Shown: positions 57,446 to 64,000 of the stretch, one piece after another | Layout of the letters: the number at the start of each line of letters is the position of its first letter | Position numbering within the stretch: position 1 is the stretch's first letter | NCBI GenBank assembly: GCA_026413625.1 | Contig: JAOAKO010000002.1 | Span: 6,623 to 70,622 of the forward strand | Origin: Candidatus Micrarchaeota archaeon | GTDB lineage: Archaea; Micrarchaeota; Micrarchaeia; CABMEP01 | Direction: 5' to 3' | Length of the DNA: 64,000 bases | Notes under the pieces: generated by a model | What the model was told of the DNA's origin: nothing | The model's input: the letters and a program-made list of their open reading frames with translations, nothing else | The model's database searches: none | Translations under genes and position numbers: made by a program

Positions 57446-57964
57446 TTATTTGATATTTATTCTTTTTTTCTTTTCGTCTTCCTTGGAAGGCTCTATCTTT
57501 TCGATAGTAACCTCCAAAACACCGTTATTATACTTAGCATCAGCTGTTTCAGGCTTTATTTTTGCAGGAAGTTCAAGTTTCTTGTAGTACTTTCTTTCCG
57601 GAGCGTCTACCTTTATTTCAAGACTTTTTTCTGTGGCGTTTAAATCTATGTCTTCCTTTCTTACCCCGGGCAGTTCTGCAATTATCTTTATGTTTTTCTT
57701 CTCATTGATTATATCGACAAGGGGCTCTCTTTTTTCTTCAAGCCCTTTTGGAGTCATCTGCGGTTTGTCTCCGAATTCCTGTATTATAGGTTTGCCGTCT
57801 GGACCTATCGTAATGGAAAATCCCCTTACAAATGACTTTCCTTCTCTTGCCCTCCTTTCAAGCTCATCGAAATCCTCAAATCCTCTCGTCATTTCTTCCA
57901 TCATTCTTTCAATCATTCTCTCAAAATCATCATCAAAAAAACTGAACCTTCTTCTTTTAACCAA
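57446..57964 (-). CDS. hsp20: Archaeal small heat-shock protein Hsp20
   Basis: GFSITIGPDGKP, REPLVD, IAELPGV, AKYNNGVLEV, I-x-I C-terminal motif. Confidence 0.94.
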   Translation of the reverse strand: MVKRRRFSFFDDDFERMIERMMEEMTRGFEDFDELERRAREGKSFVRGFSITIGPDGKPIIQEFGDKPQMTPKGLEEKREPLVDIINEKKNIKIIAELPGVRKEDIDLNATEKSLEIKVDAPERKYYKKLELPAKIKPETADAKYNNGVLEVTIEKIEPSKEDEKKKRINIK

Positions 57965-58044
57965 ACTCCCACCTATAATATATTGTTTCTATACATTTTT
58001 ATTTTTATCTCTGCAAACTACTATCATCTTAGCCGGTGTTAGGA

Positions 58045-58554
58045 ATGGGAAATTGGATAGTTCATTCAATAATAGGCATACTACTCGGTATCTTATGCAT
58101 ATTAACAAATTCAGGAATGGAGCAGAACGTATTGTTTGCAGCAGTGGTTGCAACAGTTTTAGGTTCCTTAATACCAGATATAGATCATAAAAAGAGCAAG
58201 ATTCGCAATTTTTTCAGGTGGCTGACCATAATAGCATTGCTGATTATAATCTATCTTACATTGTCAAACTATTTTAAAATAAGTGTGGACATTTCCTCAA
58301 TATTATCTAAGGATACAGCCGTATTATTTTTAGTATTCGCAATTTCTGTTTTTATTGCGTCGGTAATCACTTCTTTTATCGAGTCGCTCATTCCAAAACA
58401 CAGGGGCCCGATACATAGAATATTCGCTTCATTGATGTATTCCTTTTTAGTTTTTGCGGCAGCCTCATTTTTCGGCTTTAGCGAAGCTATGATAATTGCG
58501 TTCTGGGGGTTCGTAGGCTATCTTTCGCACATATTCATGGACATTCTTATATGA
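58045..58554 (+). CDS. YdjM-like membrane metal-dependent hydrolase
   Basis: N-terminal H, GSLIPDIDH, KHRGPIH, GYLSHIFMD. Confidence 0.85.
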   Translation: MGNWIVHSIIGILLGILCILTNSGMEQNVLFAAVVATVLGSLIPDIDHKKSKIRNFFRWLTIIALLIIIYLTLSNYFKISVDISSILSKDTAVLFLVFAISVFIASVITSFIESLIPKHRGPIHRIFASLMYSFLVFAAASFFGFSEAMIIAFWGFVGYLSHIFMDILI

Positions 58555-58565
58555 GTTTAAAAAAG

Positions 58566-58680
58566 CGCGGGGTATGGGATTCGAACCCATATACCCTTTC
58601 GGGAACTGGTTTTCCCTTTGTTTAATTAGGGTAAAACAGAAATTCGAGACCAGCGCACTACCAGGTTATGCGAACCCCGC
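58566..58680 (-). tRNA. tRNA-Ser(CGA) with a 31-nt intron at 37/38 (58612-58642)
   Basis: GCGGGGT/ACCCCGC acceptor stem, discriminator G, CTGGT-CTCGAA[intron]A-ACCAG anticodon arm, long variable arm, ATGGG-TTCGAAT-CCCAT. Confidence 0.9.
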
Positions 58681-58749
58681 ACTGAATATAATATGCACTA
58701 ACTGCTTAAAAATCTTAAGCACAAAAGCATTTAAAAAAAGAAATGCTGA

Positions 58750-58971
58750 TCAGAATCTTCTCTGCTGTTTCTTCTTTCTTTCGTATACTCCAAGGCTTTT
58801 TCCACAGGATACGCAGTAGTAAACCTTCCGCTTTTCCATATATCTCAAATCATCAGCGCTCCTGAGATCCGTAGTATAAACTATCGGCCTGTAGTCAACC
58901 ACCGCCTTTCCTCTCGGGACGCTACGTCCGCAAGCATTGCATCTTACTAATGTTGTTTTTCCTCTTCCCAT
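58750..58971 (-). CDS. rps26e: 30S ribosomal protein eS26
   Basis: GRG...VRCNACGRSVPRGKA...YYCVSC zinc-binding pattern of S26e; SD GGAGGT upstream. Confidence 0.85.
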   Translation of the reverse strand: MGRGKTTLVRCNACGRSVPRGKAVVDYRPIVYTTDLRSADDLRYMEKRKVYYCVSCGKSLGVYERKKKQQRRF

Positions 58972-58998
58972 TTTATAACCTCCTGTGCGGTGAAATAA

Positions 58999-59760
58999 TC
59001 ATATTTTTATCTGCGTTCCGTCCAGCAGAAAAACCTCAATTTCGTTTATTTTCATAATTCTATCCTTCAACAAAGGGCCCAGGAATTTTTCCTTTTCGTT
59101 TATCGGGGAGCCAGTTATCAAAGGATTGAAAACTGGAAGGATGATAACAGAAATGTCCTTATTAATATTGGGATATTGGGTTTTTAATTCTTTTGAATCC
59201 AGAGTTCCTTTTACCCATGCCTTCTGCTTTGTCTTGTATCCGAATTGGTCCTTAAATATCACTGCAGGGTGGGAATGAGCCACGATTAGGGTGTCAATGG
59301 CTTCCATCATCTCTTTCGAAGGCCATTTGTGGCTGTGGACTATCCCTATATTTTCTATGGTGATCTCTTCTGCGGTTTCAAAGTAGCTCTTTAGGCCCCC
59401 GTCGTGGTTTCCAGGTATAATCCTAACATCGGCATGCTTTTTAAGCCTGAAAAGGATCTCGGGAATCTCAATTGAGATTCTGTGCTCAACCTCCTCTTCC
59501 TCACTCAGCTGCTGCCAATATTCTTTTTCTTTCGGTAATTTATGCCTTATGTCTCCGACAAGCACAACGCTCCCAGATTTTGTTTCCTCTATAAGCTTTA
59601 TTATTTTTTCAACAAGGTCATTTATTGCTTTTTTTGCGATCTTTTCAGTCCCTAACTGCGCTTCGATTCCGATGTGCAGATCTCCGATGACCAATGTTTT
59701 TTCCTTTTTGCTTTCGATTATAAGGGCAGGCTCATTCGCAATAATCTTGATTTTAGCCAT
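58999..59760 (-). CDS. Calcineurin-like metallophosphoesterase
   Basis: GDLHIG, VGDIRH, PGNHD, HSH, AHSHP, ILPVFN. Confidence 0.88.
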   Translation of the reverse strand: MAKIKIIANEPALIIESKKEKTLVIGDLHIGIEAQLGTEKIAKKAINDLVEKIIKLIEETKSGSVVLVGDIRHKLPKEKEYWQQLSEEEEVEHRISIEIPEILFRLKKHADVRIIPGNHDGGLKSYFETAEEITIENIGIVHSHKWPSKEMMEAIDTLIVAHSHPAVIFKDQFGYKTKQKAWVKGTLDSKELKTQYPNINKDISVIILPVFNPLITGSPINEKEKFLGPLLKDRIMKINEIEVFLLDGTQIKI

Positions 59761-59810
59761 ACTAAACATAAATGAAAAAACTATTTATTCCTTTATATTG
59801 AATAGATTGC

Positions 59811-60455
59811 ATGAAATCAAGGAAAACAGTTCTAAAAATCATAAGCCTGCTTAAGAAAGAGTATCCTGATGAATTCAACGGCTCAAACATAAGCGAAGAG
59901 CCGTTTAAGGTTTTGATAGGAACAGTCCTTTCGCATCAAACAAGGGACGAAAGGACGATAATGGCGAGCAGAAATCTGTTTAGAAAGTTCGATACACCAG
60001 ATAGGCTTGCAAATGCAAGCGTCAAAGAGATAAGAGAATGCATTAGGGATGTAGGAATGTACAACGTTAAGGCGAAAAGGATTAAAGAAATAAGCAAGCT
60101 TTTGACGGAAAAATACGGAGGGAAAGTTCCTGAAAACTATGAAGAGATTCTTTCTCTTCCAGGGGTCGGAAGGAAAACTGCAAACATTCTTTTTACATAC
60201 GCATTCGGGAAGAAAGACTACATTGCGGTCGATACGCATGTGCACAAGGTTTCAAACAGGATCGGAATAGTAAACACCAAGACGCCAGAGAAAACAGAGC
60301 AAATGCTTTACAAGGTAATTCCGAAAAGAGAGTGGAGATACATCAATGAGCTTTTTGTCCAGCACGGCCAGAATATATGCAAGGCAAGGCCTTTGTGCGA
60401 CAGATGCGTAATTTCCAGGTACTGCGATTATTATACATCTAAAGCCAGGGCATAA
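59811..60455 (+). CDS. nth: Endonuclease III
   Basis: PFKVLIGTVLSHQTRD, HhH LPGVGRKTAN, IAVDTHV, 4Fe-4S cluster C-x5-C-x2-C-x5-C (CKARPLCDRCVISRYC). Confidence 0.95.
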   Translation: MKSRKTVLKIISLLKKEYPDEFNGSNISEEPFKVLIGTVLSHQTRDERTIMASRNLFRKFDTPDRLANASVKEIRECIRDVGMYNVKAKRIKEISKLLTEKYGGKVPENYEEILSLPGVGRKTANILFTYAFGKKDYIAVDTHVHKVSNRIGIVNTKTPEKTEQMLYKVIPKREWRYINELFVQHGQNICKARPLCDRCVISRYCDYYTSKARA

Positions 60456-60506
60456 AATTATTAGGGTTTTTAAATTTAATCTATAAAGTATTTATAAGGT
60501 GAAATT

Positions 60507-60962
60507 ATGGCTATTAGGAAAGGTCAGGCAGCCATGGAATACCTAATGACATATGGCTGGGCAATTTTGATAGTACTTGCAATCATGGGAATACTGGTTT
60601 ACCTGGTAAGGCCGCAACAGGTTGAAACATGCCAAGTAACAACCCCGTTTCAATGCGAGCAAGACAAGTACACAATAAATTCCTCTAACTTTGTTAAGAT
60701 AAGCCTGAGAAATCTTGGCGCAGTTGCGTATAACATCAGTTCAGTCCAATGCGGAACAAAGGTAGATCCTGCAGGTGTAATAATTACGCCGGGAAGCAGC
60801 GGAGTATTAACATTTAATTGTGCAAGCTCTTCTTCAGCATTGCAGTCTCCGCAACCAGGAAAGGATACATTCAAGGACAAGCTCATAATCAAATACTATC
60901 CGGTGGGATCTCCTGAGTTTATTAAAACGCAAGAGATAGAGATCGTTGTAAGATACAGCTAA
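60507..60962 (+). CDS. Type IV pilin-like protein (class III signal peptide)
   Basis: RKG/QAAMEYLMTYGWAILIV, followed by a Cys-containing beta domain. Confidence 0.88.
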   Translation: MAIRKGQAAMEYLMTYGWAILIVLAIMGILVYLVRPQQVETCQVTTPFQCEQDKYTINSSNFVKISLRNLGAVAYNISSVQCGTKVDPAGVIITPGSSGVLTFNCASSSSALQSPQPGKDTFKDKLIIKYYPVGSPEFIKTQEIEIVVRYS

Positions 60963-61034
60963 TCTCTTTTTTATTTTATTCTTTCATTCTTGCAAATTCA
61001 AATTGTTTAAAAACATTCTTCTCTAACTAATCTT

Positions 61035-63449
61035 ATGAAGCACGTGTACTGGTTTGAGGAATTAAATAAAGGCAATCTTCCTATTGCCGGCGGAAAGGGC
61101 GCCAATCTTGGAGAGATGTCAAATGCAGGTTTTCCGATCCCGCCAGGATTTGTGCTGTCAGCCGATTCTTACTTCCAATTCATAACCGAGCATGGAATAG
61201 ACAAATTGATAGAGAGCACTCTTTCCAGGCTCGACGTAGAGGATACGAACAAGCTTAACGAGGCGTCCAAAAAGATATCCGAGGCGATTCTCTCGTACGA
61301 AATGCCTGAAGAGATTAAAAGCCAATTGGTCCAGGCATATCTGGAATTGAAGGAAAAAACAAATGCAAAGATCGAATACGTGGCGGTAAGGAGCAGCGCA
61401 ACCGCCGAAGACGTCCCAAGCGCATCTTTTGCCGGGCAGCAGGCGTCGTTTCTCAATGTTTACGGGGAGCAGGCGTTATTGGATGCAGTAAAGAGATGCT
61501 GGGCGTCCCTGTTCACTCCAAGGGCCATATATTACAGGGTGCAGCAGGGATTCGAGCATTCCAAAGTGAAAATAGCCGTCGTCGTCCAGCATATGGTCCA
61601 GTCAGAGAAATCAGGGGTTTTCTTTACGGTTGATCCCGTGACGCAGGATCCAAACAGAATGGTAATAGAGGCGGCTTTCGGCCTTGGAGAGACTGTCGTT
61701 TCAGGAGCAGTAACGCCAGATACCTATGTAGTCGATAAGGATACGCTTGACATCGTAAGCAAACACGTGGCAAGACAGGAATGGATGCTTGTGAGGTCTG
61801 AGAATGCAAACGTAAAGGTCGGGATAAAGCAAGAATACCAAAAGGTGCAGAAGCTGAGCGACGATAAAATAGTCGAATTGGCAAAGATAGGGCGGGAGAT
61901 AGAGAAGCATTACAGGTGGCCGCAAGACATCGAGTGGGCGATTGAAGGAAATAAGATTTTCATCGTCCAGTCAAGGCCTGTCACAACTTTGAAAAAAGAA
62001 GTGAAGGAAAAATTTGTGAGAGAAATGGAAGAAAAAGAGCTCGAGCAGCCAGCAGTTCAAGGGAGTCCGACAATGGTAAAGGAGGAAAAGGTGGAGAAAA
62101 TGGAGGAGAAAACATCAGGGTCGATCATTCTTAAGGGTTTGCCCGCAAGCCCCGGCTTTGCGACGGGGAAAGTCAGAATCATATTAGACATTTCCGAGCT
62201 TCCTTCCATGCAGTCGGGAGAGATTCTGGTAACTAAGATGACAACACCGGATTTCGTTCCGGCAATGAGAAAGGCGTCGGCAATCATTACGGATGAGGGC
62301 GGATTGACCTCTCATGCTGCAATAGTAAGCAGGGAATTGGGAGTTCCTGCAGTCATAGGAACAGAAAAGGCAACCTCAGTTCTTAAGAACGGAACGCTAA
62401 TAACCGTCGATGCGATTAAGGGATTGATTTACGAAGGAAAGGTTGATTTGACAGAGACGCCTAAGCAGCCAGCCACCATTTCAGGAGAGATTCTTCCGGT
62501 AACGGCAACAAAGATTTATGTTAACCTGGCAGAGCCTGAAATTGCGGAAAAAATAGCAAAGCTTCAAGTCGACGGAGTGGGATTGCTCAGGGCTGAATTT
62601 ATGATTGCATCGATAGGGGAGCATCCTAAAAAGATGCTAAGGGAAGGAAGGGAGAAAGAATTCGTAGAAAGGCTTGCGGAGGGGATAGCAAGGATTGCTG
62701 GCGCATTCTATCCGAGGCCGGTGGTATATAGGGCGACAGACTTCAAGACAAACGAATACAGGAATCTCAGGGGCGGAGAGGAATTTGAGCCAAGAGAAGA
62801 GAATCCAATGATAGGGTACAGGGGGGCAATGAGGTACATAAGGGAACCAGAGCTGTTCAAGATGGAGCTGAAGGCGATCAAGAAGGTAAGGGAGGAATTT
62901 CAGCTAAAGAACTTATGGCTGATGATTCCTTTTGTAAGAAGAACAGAACAGGTTGTCAAGATAAAGAAAATGCTGGAAGAAGAGGGACTGCACCAGTCAA
63001 AGGACTTTAAGCTTTGGATAATGGTAGAGGTGCCAAGCACCGTATTCATGATAGAGGAGATGTGCCAGACGGGAATAGACGGGATTTCAATCGGAAGCAA
63101 CGATCTTACCCAGCTTATTCTTGGCCTAGATAGGGACAACGCGTTTATAGCATCAGAGTTCGATGAGAGAAGCACTGCGGTCTTAAGGGCAATTCAGCAC
63201 GTCACAAAGGTATGCAGAAAGCACAACGTTACGGTCTCCATTTGCGGCCAAGCACCTTCCGTTTATCCCGAAATCGCAGAGAGGCTTGTCGAGTTCGGCG
63301 CCACAAGCATTTCGGTCAATCCGGATGCAATCGAAAGAACAAGAAAGATAGTCGCAGCGGCAGAGCAGAAAGTGCTTCTTGAAAGGACAAGAAAAATAGC
63401 GGAGAGGATGGGAATCGAGGAGGAAGAGGTTAAGCATACTAAAAGCTGA
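61035..63449 (+). CDS. ppsA: Phosphoenolpyruvate synthase
   Basis: GGKGANLGE, VAVRSSATAED, SFAGQ, QDIEW, GGLTSHAAIVSRELG, GLLRAEF, EENPMIGYRG, SIGSNDLTQ. Confidence 0.97.
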   Translation: MKHVYWFEELNKGNLPIAGGKGANLGEMSNAGFPIPPGFVLSADSYFQFITEHGIDKLIESTLSRLDVEDTNKLNEASKKISEAILSYEMPEEIKSQLVQAYLELKEKTNAKIEYVAVRSSATAEDVPSASFAGQQASFLNVYGEQALLDAVKRCWASLFTPRAIYYRVQQGFEHSKVKIAVVVQHMVQSEKSGVFFTVDPVTQDPNRMVIEAAFGLGETVVSGAVTPDTYVVDKDTLDIVSKHVARQEWMLVRSENANVKVGIKQEYQKVQKLSDDKIVELAKIGREIEKHYRWPQDIEWAIEGNKIFIVQSRPVTTLKKEVKEKFVREMEEKELEQPAVQGSPTMVKEEKVEKMEEKTSGSIILKGLPASPGFATGKVRIILDISELPSMQSGEILVTKMTTPDFVPAMRKASAIITDEGGLTSHAAIVSRELGVPAVIGTEKATSVLKNGTLITVDAIKGLIYEGKVDLTETPKQPATISGEILPVTATKIYVNLAEPEIAEKIAKLQVDGVGLLRAEFMIASIGEHPKKMLREGREKEFVERLAEGIARIAGAFYPRPVVYRATDFKTNEYRNLRGGEEFEPREENPMIGYRGAMRYIREPELFKMELKAIKKVREEFQLKNLWLMIPFVRRTEQVVKIKKMLEEEGLHQSKDFKLWIMVEVPSTVFMIEEMCQTGIDGISIGSNDLTQLILGLDRDNAFIASEFDERSTAVLRAIQHVTKVCRKHNVTVSICGQAPSVYPEIAERLVEFGATSISVNPDAIERTRKIVAAAEQKVLLERTRKIAERMGIEEEEVKHTKS

Positions 63450-63478
63450 TTCCCGATTTGTTCAGCATAAGTGATGCT

Positions 63479-64000
63479 ATGGTCATTTACGTGGGTCTCT
63501 CGGGAACAATGCTAAGCGGGAAGGGATTGATAAGGGAGATTATCAAGAAAAATTTCAAAACATATGACATTGGACTGTCAGACATGCTAAGGGAGGAGGC
63601 AGACAGGAGAGGAATTGAAAAGACAAGAGACAACCTTAGGGATTTGGCAGACGAGCTCAGATTAAAAAACGGGCCAGGAATACTTGCAGAGCTTGCAATA
63701 AAAAAATTTCAGTCTCTAGGAGACAAGGTCCTGGATTATGACGTAATAGTAATAGATTCGATAAGAAATCCCTGGGAAGCCGAGGCGCTAAGGCAGACAT
63801 TCAAGCGCTACTTCTACCTGATCTTTGTGGATGCTGACGTGAAAACAAGGTACGAAAGGGCGCTGCAAAGGAAGAGAGAGGGAGAGGAAGCAGTGGATTT
63901 TGAAGCGTTTAGGAAAAGCGACGAGATAGAATTCAAGGGAAGGGAAGACAGAAAGATCGAGGATAAGGAAAGCGAGCACGGAGGGACAATAGACTACGGA
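63479..64000 (+). CDS. P-loop nucleotide-kinase-like protein (dephospho-CoA kinase/UPF0200-like), runs off the window end
   Basis: Not in the ORF track; hand translation gives MVIYVGLSGTMLSGKG..LSDMLREEA..TRDNL..ELR..G.GILA..IDSIRNP.E. Confidence 0.8.
   Translation, partial: MVIYVGLSGTMLSGKGLIREIIKKNFKTYDIGLSDMLREEADRRGIEKTRDNLRDLADELRLKNGPGILAELAIKKFQSLGDKVLDYDVIVIDSIRNPWEAEALRQTFKRYFYLIFVDADVKTRYERALQRKREGEEAVDFEAFRKSDEIEFKGREDRKIEDKESEHGGTIDYG

Noticed and set aside
58574-58819. 81-aa ORF starting MGFEPI
   Set aside because: Translation of the antisense strand of the tRNA-Ser gene (GFEP is the T-loop complement).

Overview
Archaeal chromosomal segment, most likely DPANN (Micrarchaeota-like). 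The evidence is a three-unit, ARMAN-type tRNA splicing endonuclease, eS26, a 23S rRNA not followed by 5S, and dense housekeeping genes. The window starts in the 3' end of 23S rRNA and holds 5 tRNAs (Glu, Pro, Thr, Leu and an intron-containing Ser) plus about 60 CDS. These include topA, polB, aCPSF1, psmB, srp54, endA, taw1, truD, rtcA, trmI, leuS, gdhA, ppsA, a P-type ATPase, and a type IV pilus ATPase, platform protein and pilins. The standout is a 12.4 kb co-oriented cluster (43586-55938) of six divergent, paralogous multi-pass membrane proteins with CedA/VirB6-like signatures and variable extracellular inserts. They are followed by a large single-pass protein and a Cys-rich lipoprotein-like protein; together this is a candidate DPANN cell-contact or DNA/substrate transfer apparatus. 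Also notable are a candidate replication origin or skew switch at about 6.8-7.3 kb, a two-component pair whose regulator carries a degenerate GGDEF-like domain, a chimeric bacterial/archaeal LeuRS, and unusual peptidyl-transferase-centre bases in 23S. All assignments come from motif recognition by eye; no searches were run.
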